From: Aureliella sp.
GTDB lineage: Bacteria > Planctomycetota > Planctomycetia > Pirellulales > Pirellulaceae
NCBI GenBank assembly: GCA_963691875.1
Contig: OY829846.1
Coordinates: 4,032,001 to 4,096,000 of the forward strand
Direction: 5' to 3'
Length of the DNA stretch: 64,000 nucleotides
Shown here: one piece after another, positions 52,931 through 63,644 of the stretch
Layout of the letters: each line of letters opens with the position of its first letter
Numbering within the stretch: position 1 is the first letter of the stretch
Position numbers and translations under genes: made by a program
The notes under the pieces: model-generated
What the model was told of the DNA's origin: nothing
The model's input: the letters and a program-made list of their open reading frames with translations, nothing else
Database searches by the model: none

Positions 52931-54085
52931 ATGCTAGTAAAGGAAATCCAAGCTGCAGTGCGAGAAGTTCTGGATGAAATGGTTCAGGATCGTGCCTTTG
53001 CAAGCTATCAAGGTCACTACAGCACGCAGCTTAATGAGCAACTTGCCAACACGCTTTCGAGTGCGAATTGTGCTCTGTTCAGCAGTGGCAGCAGTGCGAT
53101 GGAAGCTGTCTTGCGGGCCAGTGGAGTGGGGCCCGGCGACAAAGTACTGCTATCCGGGTATGACTACCCCGGAAACTTCTGGGCCATCGAACGATGTGGT
53201 GCCACTCCTGTTTTACTCGACACAGAACCTCAGAGTTGGAATCTGGATGCATCGAAACTAGAGGCTGTACTTGGCAAACTAGAAACCGACGGTTCAGGGC
53301 AGGGGGCAGCCAAGGCTCTCATCGTTTCGCATCTGCACGGACAGCTTCAAGACGTTGCCGGGCTCAAAGCAATTCTATGCGATCGATCCGTTGCCTTGAT
53401 AGAGGACTCTTGCCAAGCAATTGGTGCTCAAGTTCCATCGCCTACCGATTCGCTCAAGCCGAGGCCCGTTGGGGAATTGTCCGATGCTCTGGTAGTCAGT
53501 TTTGGTGGCGGCAAAGTTTTGTCAGCTGGCCGAGGCGGTGCACTGCTGACTCGGTCAGATGCGCTTGCGCAAAAAGCAAAGTTAGCCGCGGGGGCCGGCA
53601 GTGGCCCTTACGCAATGTCCGAACTGCAAGCTGCAACGGTGCTGGCTCAGCTACCGTTTCTGAAACGCATTGACGCGACCGCGCGCCAATTCTTTACTGA
53701 GGTGCAAGACGATGTTCGTTCGTTCAGTCATTTTTCCCCATCACAGCCGCTAATTGAAAGTCCAGTGGATTTGTCCGCCCGCGAGTCTCAAACCAGTATT
53801 TATCAAATGGGTTGGATCCGACAATCAAAAGAATCAGCGTCGGATGAAGTGGAGCCATTACCGATCCCCGGTTTCAAAGTTGAACTGGATGGATTCAGCG
53901 GTGGTTCCGGCTTCTCGGGATTTCATCGCCGCAGTAAGCGACGATGTCTAACACCGATTCCACTTCAGCAAGTGCCGCTCCTTGCTCGCGATACCATAGT
54001 CGTCCATCATGGAGTCGCATTGGAGGGAAGAACGAGTCCACAAGAAGTTGCGGAATCCATTTTCGCGATTCTGAAAGGCAACTAG
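52931..54085 (+). CDS. DegT/DnrJ/EryC1/StrS-family PLP-dependent aminotransferase-like protein
   Basis: SSGSSA, VGPGDKV, HLHGQ, IEDSCQAIGA, SFGGGK (PLP Lys), MSELQAA; divergent C-terminus. Confidence 0.85.
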   Translation: MLVKEIQAAVREVLDEMVQDRAFASYQGHYSTQLNEQLANTLSSANCALFSSGSSAMEAVLRASGVGPGDKVLLSGYDYPGNFWAIERCGATPVLLDTEPQSWNLDASKLEAVLGKLETDGSGQGAAKALIVSHLHGQLQDVAGLKAILCDRSVALIEDSCQAIGAQVPSPTDSLKPRPVGELSDALVVSFGGGKVLSAGRGGALLTRSDALAQKAKLAAGAGSGPYAMSELQAATVLAQLPFLKRIDATARQFFTEVQDDVRSFSHFSPSQPLIESPVDLSARESQTSIYQMGWIRQSKESASDEVEPLPIPGFKVELDGFSGGSGFSGFHRRSKRRCLTPIPLQQVPLLARDTIVVHHGVALEGRTSPQEVAESIFAILKGN

Positions 54086-54270
54086 CCGTTCTTAGTGGCG
54101 GAGCCACGGCAAGCAATCTGGCTCAAAAGTTCATCGTGATGCGCATTTGTTCGCATGTCGGCCACACCGGAGATAACGGCACGTTGTTTTCTGGGGCTGC
54201 TTTCCACCTGTCGTCGCTCCGCGACTGGATAACCTGCGATGATCTTTGGAGTTCGCCAAGCAAATTGCCA

Positions 54271-55719
54271 CTAGGCCAGGATCTCATCGACCCTCGTTTT
54301 CTCGCGATCTTCTGGGCCGAGACCAGTTGGGCAGCCCATGGCGTCGAGCATGGTGTTGTAGACGTCGATCCCTTCGGCGTCGAGATCCGCGATCTGTCCT
54401 GTCTTGAATCGACCGGACGCACCGGTGACGGCGTGGAAGATGCCGGAGAGCTCGCGTTTCACGTCATTGTGTCGGCCATCGCCCGATTCGGTGGAAACAG
54501 TAATCATGGAGTTTTCCAGGATGGATTGACCGTTGGCTTCTTGGGTCTCATTTAACCGGCCAAGGAGGTAAGCCACTTCGCGCATTTTCAGATGGACGTG
54601 AGCCCGAAGCGCATCGTTGTCTTTGTCGGGCTTAAAGCGATGCCAGAATTCATGGCTGCAACCGCCTGAACCTGATTTCTTCAACTGACGCTGGTCATCG
54701 AAGGTAAAGATCTTGCGTCCCTCGTACTCGTAATCGCCGGTTAAACGAATGCGCTCACCGGCGGCCAGGAAGGTGATGGAGCCGAAGCGCACTCGGTCCA
54801 TTTCGATGGCCAAGGCATAGAGGTCCGCCATCAATCGCCATTCGCCAGTCAATTCATCCAAGGTAATGTCGATCCCTTCGCCGCCGGGATCTGCGCCGCC
54901 GCCGTGTAACACCTTAGAAGCGGGAGGCAGAGGCGGCGCATCTGCTTGCAATGCACTCAGTTGATAAGCACGCTGCTCGAACTCGCGGACTCGATCGAGG
55001 TGATCCGTTACCTTGGCTCGGGAAGCTTTACCCAGTTGAGATTTTGGACCAGTCATAAGCTTATATTGCTCTACAACCGAATCCAGCACACTCTTTCGAA
55101 GTCGTTTCTTAAGAAAATCTTCCTCACCGTCGGCTCCTGTTGCGACAGAGCCAAAAACACGCTCGAATAAGTCGCGCGGCTTCTCTTGCATCGTCGCCGC
55201 GACCGTTCCATCGCTTCGGTAGCTGTGAACGTAGCGACTAATTCGGCTCCGACGGAAGAAAGTACCTCCGATCAAAGTAGGCACCATGCCTGGAGGCATC
55301 CCCTTCGGATGATGAGCATCACGAACGACCTGGTCAATTGACGGGCCGCCTGATTTGGCTTCGCCATCGGGTGGCTCCGCAGTGAATGCAGCGGCGGAGC
55401 CATCAAAGTGCGCGTTGATTCCGGATTCGTCGCAACGCACCTGATCGACTTTGCGCATGATCAGCAGCTTGTCACGGAGTGGCTTGAGCGGTTCCAGAAC
55501 GCCGTCGTAGTCTTCCTCTTGCAAAGGTGCCGGAATTCCGAGTCCAAAGAATACGTTGAACGCCCGAACTGGAACTTGCACGGTGGCTGCCGAGGCGCTG
55601 GAAAGCATCATCTCTTCCAGCAGGGGTAGCCCGACCGTGATTGCACCCAGGCTAGAGATTCCGTTGCGGAGAAGTGTGCGCCGGTGCAATTTTGGGTTTC
55701 GATCGTGGATAGCAGTCAT
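54271..55719 (-). CDS. DUF1552 family protein, Tat-exported
   Basis: RRTLLRNG...GLPLLEEM, SIDQ, PRDLFERVFG, KSVLD, HLDRVREFE; lies downstream of a DUF1592 gene, the usual pairing. Confidence 0.88.
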   Translation of the reverse strand: MTAIHDRNPKLHRRTLLRNGISSLGAITVGLPLLEEMMLSSASAATVQVPVRAFNVFFGLGIPAPLQEEDYDGVLEPLKPLRDKLLIMRKVDQVRCDESGINAHFDGSAAAFTAEPPDGEAKSGGPSIDQVVRDAHHPKGMPPGMVPTLIGGTFFRRSRISRYVHSYRSDGTVAATMQEKPRDLFERVFGSVATGADGEEDFLKKRLRKSVLDSVVEQYKLMTGPKSQLGKASRAKVTDHLDRVREFEQRAYQLSALQADAPPLPPASKVLHGGGADPGGEGIDITLDELTGEWRLMADLYALAIEMDRVRFGSITFLAAGERIRLTGDYEYEGRKIFTFDDQRQLKKSGSGGCSHEFWHRFKPDKDNDALRAHVHLKMREVAYLLGRLNETQEANGQSILENSMITVSTESGDGRHNDVKRELSGIFHAVTGASGRFKTGQIADLDAEGIDVYNTMLDAMGCPTGLGPEDREKTRVDEILA

Positions 55720-55805
55720 GAGTTCCTGATCCTGTTCGATTTGGCTAGGTAGGATGTTTGCTAGTGAGAGTTCGGAGGAAAGGTGAACCCTCTCTGGGCC
55801 CACGC

Positions 55806-55826
55806 GTAGCGGAGAGCCCGACTCTC
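55806..55826 (+). repeat. Degenerate GTAG-type REP-like element
   Basis: GTAGCG-GAGAG-CCCGA-CTCTC. Confidence 0.4.
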
Positions 55827-55915
55827 ACGACCAAAGCAGGCTTCGGTGTCCGGAACCAGCTGCGCAGGAGGGAGCGCATCTAAAACTGGCAGCCACATAG
55901 TCTACACGTATTTGT

Positions 55916-58576
55916 TTATTCTCTCGTCGTTTGGCTTAATTGTACCAGATTGCTTAACACGATCGCTTTCATCAAGTCTCGATAGCTGCCGCCAGCGGAC
56001 AGAGCAGTTTGATGTATCTTTTCGACATATGGAGCATCTGCAACTGTTAGTGGTCGACCCATGGCAAACTGGGTGAGCTTCCAAGTTAGGCTCTCCTGGA
56101 CGCGCTTGTTCTGCGCTAGCAAATCCATCAACTTGGCGGCACTCTTGTAGTCTAGTATTGTCGCTGAGCCGGGTATCACGACATCGCCATCTTCACGCAA
56201 GGCGTTTCCATACTCGTCCTTTGCATGGAAACTACCCAGTCCATCAAACCGTTCGAGTCCAAAGGCGAGTGGTTCGAATCGAGCGTGGCAGCCGCCGCAA
56301 GCCTTGTTCATGATCCGATCCGTTGCAATCATGCGCTGCGTCAATCCAGGCTCGGAAGGTACAGGTGTAGTGTCCACGCAAGGAGGCGGATCTTTTACGA
56401 CGCCACGTAGGAGATCGTGGAGCACGAATAGCCCACGTGTGACCATCGAGGCTTCGTCTCCGCCAATGGTGAGCACACTGCCTTGCGTCAAGAGCCCGCC
56501 GCGCTCGGAGCTAGGCGGCAAGTCGATGCGTACAAGCTGGTCTGGCTTGGAGTTTTTTATTTTTTCCAACGCAGATTTCAGGCGATAGTGTTCCGCGAGT
56601 CGCCTGGTGGTGAAAGCGACTTTGGCATTGAGCAAATCGGACAACGGTCGATTTTGCTTCAAGGCGACATGTTCGAAGAATGCCAGTGTTTCTCGACGCA
56701 TGTCGTTTGCTAAAGCAGGATTCCAGTCGGGAAATCTCTGGGAACTCGGATTGAGATTGGACAGCGATGCCAGATTCAGCCACTGGGCGACAAACTGCTT
56801 GGCCCGCTCGTTAGCACGTTCGTCCTTGAGCATGCGATCTGCTTGCTTGGCCAATTGCTTGGAGTCGAACAGCAATCCATTCTTAGCCGCTTCGAACAAT
56901 TCTTTGTCCGGCGAGCTACCCCACAGGATATAACTGACTCGACATGCCAGTTCATATTCGTTGACTGGCCAATCACTTCCGTCGCCGAGTTGGTTTTCGA
57001 TGCGATAAAGGAAGCGAGGCGATTGCAACATGGCTTGCAGGATCAAGCTCGCCGCATCTTCGAAACTTCCGCTGCTGCTGGCAAGCGTTGTGGAAATACC
57101 ACGATAGGCGATGACTTCTTGCTCGCTGAGCGGGCCACGTAGCACCCACATTCCCATGTTTTCGATGAAGGCGCCGACATTGTTGTCGGTGAACTCACGT
57201 TTCTTCGTGAAGCGACGAGCGAAGGCAGCCATATCCATCTTGGCGACAATTTGCTCAGCCAACTCTCGGTAGGCTTCGATGTGTTTAAGGTCCACATTCA
57301 GATTGTAGGCAGTGTTGTTGAAGCCATCGGCTCGCAAGTCTTTCGGCAGCGCCATAGGAGCTTCTTGGGCGATATCGACTCCTAGAGTCGTGCTGACCGT
57401 TGCGATGTATTCGTCCACCGTGAGTCGCTGGACGTAACGCTGACGGAAGTCGCCACCATGAAGGAAGAGAAAGGGATCGACGAAATCCAAGCTCCACTTG
57501 GCTCCTGAGTCCACCCAATCGGTTAGGATTTTCTTTTCCTCCGCCAGCAAGGGTGCTCGCTCGTGGGGCATGTCGTCGTTTTGGATGGACTGGATCAACA
57601 AGCTTTCGGCCGCTTTGCCGGGAATGATGGCAGGACCGCTTTTACCGCCTGCGAAAGCGAGTTTACGGTGGGTCAGATCGAGGCCGCCTTCTTTTGAGAG
57701 CGCATCGTGGCACTCTGAGCAACGATTAGCAAGTATTGGAGCAACTCTCAGAGCAAACTGATCTGGTCCAGCCTGAGTAATGCGTTCTACCGGCTTTGAC
57801 TTGACATCAGGACCGGCGTCGTAATTTTTGTTTACCGATGCAGGTTTCAGCGCACGATTGTAGATGGCGACGAGTCGGAGTTCTCCATGCCATTCACGAC
57901 CGCCGTTGAATTCATCACCCAAGCTGAGGCGATATGATTTGTTCCAGTTGGAGAGACTACCTAGCGCCTTTCCACGCGTCGTTTCTTTTCCGTCGACGAA
58001 GACATGTGTTTCTCCTTGGCGGTCCTGAGTGTAAACAATGTGAGAGAGTTTTTCAGAGACAACTATCTCTTTGGTTGAGGTTGATGGGATACCGTTGGAG
58101 TTTGTCTTGCTGCTACGCAAACGCACATCCCATTTGCCAGCATCTTGGCCCAGAGTGAGATTTCGATTCGTAGAGTCTTGCGAAATAGAGAGAACCCGTG
58201 CAGGACCTGCTTGGTCGAGCTTCGCGGGTTTGAGCCACGCTTCAATGGTGACTTCGCCGCTGCGTTGGATTGCAGCGCTAATCTTATGCGCTGGTTTGTT
58301 TGACTTTATCTGTGCTTTTCCACGAATGAAAAGCTTTCCGTCTTCACGACGAACCGCGTCGCGATTCTCAACTCTCAGATCGACGGGAACTCCAAAACCA
58401 CCTCGGTCGCGAATCCAACCTTCCTCTCCACCGTAGAAGTCGTAGAGCAGCACAAGGTTTTCGCTGACACGATCTTGCGCGGGGGCGTTTGAGATGGAAC
58501 CAAGTAGACAGTAAGCAAATGAAAGCAGAGCGGAAAGGTGCACCAGTAGTCGTTGTGCTAGTATCGCTTGAAGCAT
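55916..58576 (-). CDS. LamG-like domain + planctomycete cytochrome c + DUF1587/1595/1592/1588/1585 protein
   Basis: LamG (TIEAW, YNRAL), PILANRCSECH...GGLDL, QRLTVDEY, LQSPRFLYR, YELACRVSYILW, RGGLLTQ, CGGCH, PLAFGLERFD. Confidence 0.9.
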   Translation of the reverse strand: MLQAILAQRLLVHLSALLSFAYCLLGSISNAPAQDRVSENLVLLYDFYGGEEGWIRDRGGFGVPVDLRVENRDAVRREDGKLFIRGKAQIKSNKPAHKISAAIQRSGEVTIEAWLKPAKLDQAGPARVLSISQDSTNRNLTLGQDAGKWDVRLRSSKTNSNGIPSTSTKEIVVSEKLSHIVYTQDRQGETHVFVDGKETTRGKALGSLSNWNKSYRLSLGDEFNGGREWHGELRLVAIYNRALKPASVNKNYDAGPDVKSKPVERITQAGPDQFALRVAPILANRCSECHDALSKEGGLDLTHRKLAFAGGKSGPAIIPGKAAESLLIQSIQNDDMPHERAPLLAEEKKILTDWVDSGAKWSLDFVDPFLFLHGGDFRQRYVQRLTVDEYIATVSTTLGVDIAQEAPMALPKDLRADGFNNTAYNLNVDLKHIEAYRELAEQIVAKMDMAAFARRFTKKREFTDNNVGAFIENMGMWVLRGPLSEQEVIAYRGISTTLASSSGSFEDAASLILQAMLQSPRFLYRIENQLGDGSDWPVNEYELACRVSYILWGSSPDKELFEAAKNGLLFDSKQLAKQADRMLKDERANERAKQFVAQWLNLASLSNLNPSSQRFPDWNPALANDMRRETLAFFEHVALKQNRPLSDLLNAKVAFTTRRLAEHYRLKSALEKIKNSKPDQLVRIDLPPSSERGGLLTQGSVLTIGGDEASMVTRGLFVLHDLLRGVVKDPPPCVDTTPVPSEPGLTQRMIATDRIMNKACGGCHARFEPLAFGLERFDGLGSFHAKDEYGNALREDGDVVIPGSATILDYKSAAKLMDLLAQNKRVQESLTWKLTQFAMGRPLTVADAPYVEKIHQTALSAGGSYRDLMKAIVLSNLVQLSQTTRE

Positions 58577-58766
58577 CGGGCAGGCGCTCGAGGAGATTTG
58601 GAAGCCAAAGGGTAGCTCGTAAGGCGGAGCTATAACTTACCCTCCTTCATCGCGGATTGCGAGAAGTTAACGATAGTAGCGGGAGAAGACGGGTGCTGAG
58701 CTGGGAAGAACTGGGGCTCTGGCAAGCAGGGTGCTTATCCCAACGCAGAAGCCATAAATGGGCCAA

Positions 58767-58797
58767 GGGGGAGAAGCACCTAGAGTGCTTCTCCCCC
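58767..58797 (-). terminator. Perfect 13-bp hairpin downstream of the protease gene
   Basis: GGGGGAGAAGCAC-CTAGA-GTGCTTCTCCCCC; the U-tract is weak. Confidence 0.5.
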
Positions 58798-58892
58798 GAT
58801 CCCTCCTGGATAGTAGCCTTGCGGCTACCGTCGTCTGAAAGAGCTAGCTAAATCCAACTCTTGGTCTGAATGTAATCTGGCGGCTCTTGTTC

Positions 58893-60260
58893 CTAGCGAA
58901 TTTCCATGGTACCCCAGAACACATCTTTGCCTCGAATGATATGGAACTTGGGGGCAGAGGCAGTTCGCATTTTGTCCGAGTCAAGGATCCAATCCAAGTC
59001 AGTCCAATTCGGCGTTTGCCATTCCATCAGGCCGACCAAGATATCGCCTTTTTTGATAAGTGCTTCGTCGGCTGGGCTGCCTTTGCGAACGGAGCGAATG
59101 CGAAGTCCACCTTTGTAGCTTGAGTCAACGCGGCGAACGTAGCTGGAATCTGTTGCTTCGAGCTGTATACCAAGCCGGGCCAGTACCTTGTCCCGAATTG
59201 GCCCTGTCGAAGCCAAGGTGACGCGAGGCTCGGTGCTGGTGCCGAGCACGAAAGTCGATTCGACGTCTTCCGCGTCGCGTTCCAGACCAAGTTGCACTTG
59301 GGCACCATTGCGGAGTCCGAGAAGGGCCAATTCGTATTGCATACGGTTTTTGACTTCACGACCGCGGATCGTGCGAATAATGTCGCCGCGCTGAACGCTC
59401 TCATCTTGCGATCGAACGACTTTGATTGACGTCTTGCCATCCCGGTATTGGGTTTGAACTTGCAACTCTCGCGAGTTCGCTGGTCCACGATACTTGGCGA
59501 TCATGTCTGCAGCGACTTCCATGGCTTTGTCAACAGGAATCGCAAATCCGATACCTTGAGCTCCGATGCGAACCGCAGCATTGATTCCAATCATCTTGCC
59601 GTTGGCATTGAGCAGTGGGCCGCCTGAGTTGCCAGGGTTGATACTGGCGTCTGTCTGGATCAAGTCGGGATAATCCTGAACGCCGTTGACAGGGATATCT
59701 CGGTGCAGAGCACTGATAATGCCTTCGGTGACGGTGTCATGGTAGCCAAACGGATTTCCGATCGCGATGACGGGCTCACCACGCATCAGGTCGGAAGAAG
59801 TTCCAAAGTCGATGGTCGTCAGCGAGTTGCGAGTATCGATCTTAATCACCGCCAGATCGGTTTCTGGGTGATGCGCGATCAATCTTCCAACGTACTGCCG
59901 ACCGTCATGCATGGTGACTTCGATTCGGCTAACGTCTTGGATAACATGCTGGTTGGTTAAAATGTATCCACGCGGATCAACGACAACGCCAGCACCCATT
60001 CCGTTGACTTGTTGCTTTTCACCAGGTGAGCCAACAATGTTAGAGGCTGGTTTGTTGCCTTCAATATTTACGACTGCTGGTTCAGCGCGTTGTATCGCTA
60101 GCACCGTGGTCGTGTAGCGTGGAGAATTAATATCTTCTGCGCGAGCAGCTGGAACGGCTAGGGTTGCCAATCCAATAATGGCGAGGCTTGCCACTAGAGG
60201 TAGGCGTCTTGTCTGCTTCGTCATCGAGGCCCTTCCGAGCGGGAAATCGGTTGGGAGCAT
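58893..60260 (-). CDS. HtrA/DegP-like trypsin serine protease with PDZ domains
   Basis: Catalytic triad TNQHV, DLAV, GNSGGPL; IGFAIP; two PDZ-like segments; signal peptide. Confidence 0.95.
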   Translation of the reverse strand: MLPTDFPLGRASMTKQTRRLPLVASLAIIGLATLAVPAARAEDINSPRYTTTVLAIQRAEPAVVNIEGNKPASNIVGSPGEKQQVNGMGAGVVVDPRGYILTNQHVIQDVSRIEVTMHDGRQYVGRLIAHHPETDLAVIKIDTRNSLTTIDFGTSSDLMRGEPVIAIGNPFGYHDTVTEGIISALHRDIPVNGVQDYPDLIQTDASINPGNSGGPLLNANGKMIGINAAVRIGAQGIGFAIPVDKAMEVAADMIAKYRGPANSRELQVQTQYRDGKTSIKVVRSQDESVQRGDIIRTIRGREVKNRMQYELALLGLRNGAQVQLGLERDAEDVESTFVLGTSTEPRVTLASTGPIRDKVLARLGIQLEATDSSYVRRVDSSYKGGLRIRSVRKGSPADEALIKKGDILVGLMEWQTPNWTDLDWILDSDKMRTASAPKFHIIRGKDVFWGTMEIR

Positions 60261-60666
60261 TGCCAGGTGGGTCGCCTAGGAAATGCCACAGTTGAAAGTT
60301 GGCGCACTGTGTCCAGCAGCCGGGCTACGAACAATGGATCGGTTGGACCGGTTCGAGGGCTTAATCCGAGGGTTCGCTGCCTGCAGCCGCTGCCCATTTT
60401 AACCTAGTGTTAATCAGGGTTGACTTTTCGGGCTGCGGTGAGAGTCGGGGTGATTTTCGTTTCACTCCGCGTAGTGGTTGTCAGCTTGTAGAGTCCGTAG
60501 GCCGATTGCCAGCGGAGGCGGAGGACCATCATTATCGCGCTTATATACAACCAGGGACCAACTTAGACGGTCGACCTTGCTTGGACTCATTTACTTAGAG
60601 CTTCGTGCTTGTTCTTTGTCGCAAGCGCAATGGCGCAGCGTGAAGCTATCAATTAGTTGGTAGTTG

Positions 60667-61110
60667 CTAGCCTTGATTAGGTTGTTCATCCATGCTGCGG
60701 ATGTACTGACGAAGACGTTCGAGTTCGTCGGTGGTGTCTTTCAAACGCAACATATTCTCGACCCGTTTTAGTAACTCCGGCTTATTGATAGGCTTCGACA
60801 GAAAGTCGTCTGTGCCAGCACGGACCGCGCGTTCAATGTCACCGAGCTCATTTAGGGCAGTGACCATGAGGATCATGATCTTCTTCGATTCTGGATCGCC
60901 CTTGATTTGCTCGCAAACCTCGAAGCCACTTTGCTTCGGCATCATGACGTCCAACAAAATCAAGTCCGGTTTAAAGCTCTTTACTTTGGCCAGCGTATCT
61001 TCGCCGTCTACAGCGAACTCTGTATCACAATCGATAACCGCTAAGTAGGCTTCGAGCAATTCACGATTGGCTGCATTGTCGTCGGCGATGAGAATCTTGT
61101 TGGATGGCAT
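60667..61110 (-). CDS. Response regulator receiver protein
   Basis: ILIADDN, LLDVMMP, VTAL, FLSKP; likely ATG start at 61110. Confidence 0.93.
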   Translation of the reverse strand: MPSNKILIADDNAANRELLEAYLAVIDCDTEFAVDGEDTLAKVKSFKPDLILLDVMMPKQSGFEVCEQIKGDPESKKIMILMVTALNELGDIERAVRAGTDDFLSKPINKPELLKRVENMLRLKDTTDELERLRQYIRSMDEQPNQG

Positions 61111-61162
61111 GGTGATGCTCAATGTAATGAAACAGTTAGCTAGCTTTGGGCGGAAGTGGTTC

Positions 61163-62413
61163 TTAGACTTCCAGGCCGGCCGCAGGTACTGGGAATGACT
61201 CCGCAAACTCGGCGATCTCGGCACGGATGGACTCTAGCTCGGCCGAGGCATCTTTTGCTTGCAATGCTTGTGCGATCCACACAGCGATGCGTCGCATTTC
61301 GGATTCGCCCATGCCACGAGTGGTCAATGCTGGTGTTCCGATGCGAATGCCGCTTGGGTCCATCGGCTTACGCTCGTCGAAGGGAATCATGTTCATGTTG
61401 ACCGTGATCCCGCAGGCATCCAATGTCGACTCTGCGATTTTGCCACTGAGGCCAACGCTGGTGACGTCGACCAACATCAGGTGATTGTCGGTACCGCCGC
61501 TGATCAAACGCATTCCTTGACTCTGCAGCTCCTCAGCCATTGCTTTCGCGTTATTGATCACCGCTTGCCCGTATTCTTTGAAGGCAGGTTGGAGCGCTTC
61601 GCCGAAACAGACAGCTTTTCCTGCAATAACGTGCATCAAAGGTCCGCCTTGCAGACCGGGGAAAACAGCGCTATTGATCGACTTAATGTATTCCTTCTTG
61701 CACAGGACCAAACCGGCTCGTGGCCCACGCAGAGTTTTGTGAGTCGTCGTCGTCACATAGTCTGCGACCGGAACTGGGTTGTGGTGCACACCTGCTGCGA
61801 CCAAGCCAGCATAATGAGCCATGTCGACGAGCAGCTTGGCTCCGCACTCGTTGGCGATATCCGCGAATTTACTGTGATCGATTTCCCTTGGGTAAGCACT
61901 TGCACCGGCCACGATCAGTTTGGGTTTATGTTCGCTAGCTAAGGCGGCGACTTGATCAAAATCAATTCGATGCGTCTCGCTGTCGACTCCGTAAGCCACG
62001 AAGTTATAGAGCTTTCCGGAGATATTCAGTCGCATTCCATGGGTGAGGTGACCACCCTGGGCCAGATCGAGCCCGAGAACGGTGTCGCCTGGATTCAGGC
62101 AGGAGACGTAGACGGCTGTGTTCGCCTGAGAGCCGCTATGAGGCTGAACATTGGCAGCTTCAGCTCCGAACAACTCACAGGCTCGCTCGATGGCGATCCT
62201 TTCGACGACATCAACGTGTTCGCAGCCGCCGTAGTAGCGTCGTCCCGGATAACCTTCGGCGTACTTGTTCGTCAGCACACTTCCCACGGCCTGCATGACC
62301 GCTGGCGAGGTGTAGTTTTCGCTGGCGATCAGTTCCAGTCCGTCTTGCTGCCGAGTAGACTCAGCTTCCATCGCGGACCAAATGTCAGGATCCTGCGTCG
62401 CTAAGATATTCAT
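61163..62413 (-). CDS. glyA: Serine hydroxymethyltransferase
   Basis: [46 protein letters not shown]. Confidence 0.99.
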   Translation of the reverse strand: MNILATQDPDIWSAMEAESTRQQDGLELIASENYTSPAVMQAVGSVLTNKYAEGYPGRRYYGGCEHVDVVERIAIERACELFGAEAANVQPHSGSQANTAVYVSCLNPGDTVLGLDLAQGGHLTHGMRLNISGKLYNFVAYGVDSETHRIDFDQVAALASEHKPKLIVAGASAYPREIDHSKFADIANECGAKLLVDMAHYAGLVAAGVHHNPVPVADYVTTTTHKTLRGPRAGLVLCKKEYIKSINSAVFPGLQGGPLMHVIAGKAVCFGEALQPAFKEYGQAVINNAKAMAEELQSQGMRLISGGTDNHLMLVDVTSVGLSGKIAESTLDACGITVNMNMIPFDERKPMDPSGIRIGTPALTTRGMGESEMRRIAVWIAQALQAKDASAELESIRAEIAEFAESFPVPAAGLEV

Positions 62414-62516
62414 AATTAGGAATTCAAATCAAAGATCGATTGTTCTCAGGCGAAGAAACGTCTTCGCAGTCGAAAGGAACCACTTCCACTCAGCGGAAAA
62501 AAACACGCCGAAAACA

Positions 62517-62573
62517 GATTGTCCGTAGCCTGCCGAGTATCGTCAACGACAGCTCGGCAGGCTGCGGACAATC
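62517..62573. repeat. 21-bp inverted repeat in the glyA / ABC divergent intergenic region
   Basis: GATTGTCCGTAGCCTGCCGAG-N15-CTCGGCAGGCTGCGGACAATC with one mismatch. Confidence 0.9.
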
Positions 62574-62672
62574 ATTGTCCCCATTTCAGGAAAATAGGCA
62601 CTTTGCCAGTAAGATAGCTCAACATAGGCATTACCTTGCAAAGCCTGACCGTAACCAAACTGAAAATACAAC

Positions 62673-63644
62673 GTGACCGCCAAGAAAATCATCCAGCTTG
62701 AAGGGCTTACCAAGCGCTACGGCTCTCGAATGGCATTGAATAATATCACTCTGGACATTGAGCCCGGCGTGAGTGGGCTTCTTGGACCGAACGGCTGCGG
62801 CAAGAGCACCATGATCAAATCCGTGTTAGGGCTGTTGAAAATACAGGCTGGGTCGGTGCGCGTGATGGGCTATCAGTTGCCGCACGAGCTTCGCAAGATT
62901 CGCGACGTAGTTGGCTATTTGCCTGAGGACGATTCCTTTATTGCAGGCCTAAGTGGCATTGAGTGTGTGACTTACATGGCCAAGCTTTCCGGGTTACCGG
63001 GAGCAGAGGCTTTGCGCAGAAGCCATGAAGTGATGGATTTTGCTGATATCGGCCAAGAGCGTTATCGCAATGTTGAAACATACTCGACGGGGATGCGCCA
63101 AAAACTCAAGTTCGCGCAGGCGATTGTGCATGATCCTGAGCTGCTGATTCTCGACGAACCAACATCGGGCTTAGATCCTGAACAGCGCACGTCAATGCTC
63201 CGCAAGATCAACAACCTAGCAACCCAGCATGGCAAGTCCGTTTTGATCTGTACGCATATTCTGCACGATGTCCGTACGGTTTGCGAGCACATTGTGATCA
63301 TGTCCAAGGGCGAGATCAGGCTCAAGGATACCCTTGAGAATTTGAGCCGTCCTTCGACAAGTGGTGTCTTTGTGTGGGTCGAGGCGCGAACGCCGGCTAC
63401 AGTCGAAGATAAGTATCCAGATGCAACGAATTTCTTAGGTAGCCTACGGGCAACGAACGTCGAAGCAGAATTGCGTGAGAAAGGGAGTGTCTGGGTCAGC
63501 AACGCGTCAGGCGATAGTACAAGACAGATTTGGCAAGCCGCTTCAGCGGCCAACGTTTTCATTCAGCAGTTGACGCCGGCGAAGAATTCGCTGGAAGAAC
63601 TGTTCTTCAACACGGTTCAGGAGGCAGAACGTGCCACTGCATGA
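62673..63644 (+). CDS. ABC transporter ATP-binding protein (ABC-2 exporter type)
   Basis: GPNGCGKST, signature YSTGMRQK, LILDEPT, His switch. Confidence 0.95.
   Translation: MTAKKIIQLEGLTKRYGSRMALNNITLDIEPGVSGLLGPNGCGKSTMIKSVLGLLKIQAGSVRVMGYQLPHELRKIRDVVGYLPEDDSFIAGLSGIECVTYMAKLSGLPGAEALRRSHEVMDFADIGQERYRNVETYSTGMRQKLKFAQAIVHDPELLILDEPTSGLDPEQRTSMLRKINNLATQHGKSVLICTHILHDVRTVCEHIVIMSKGEIRLKDTLENLSRPSTSGVFVWVEARTPATVEDKYPDATNFLGSLRATNVEAELREKGSVWVSNASGDSTRQIWQAASAANVFIQQLTPAKNSLEELFFNTVQEAERATA

Noticed and set aside
62414..62640. ZTP or glycine riboswitch upstream of glyA (ACTGGC...CGCCTGAG)
   Set aside because: Only fragments of the consensus are present; the expected P1/P2 stems and pseudoknot pairing could not be built.
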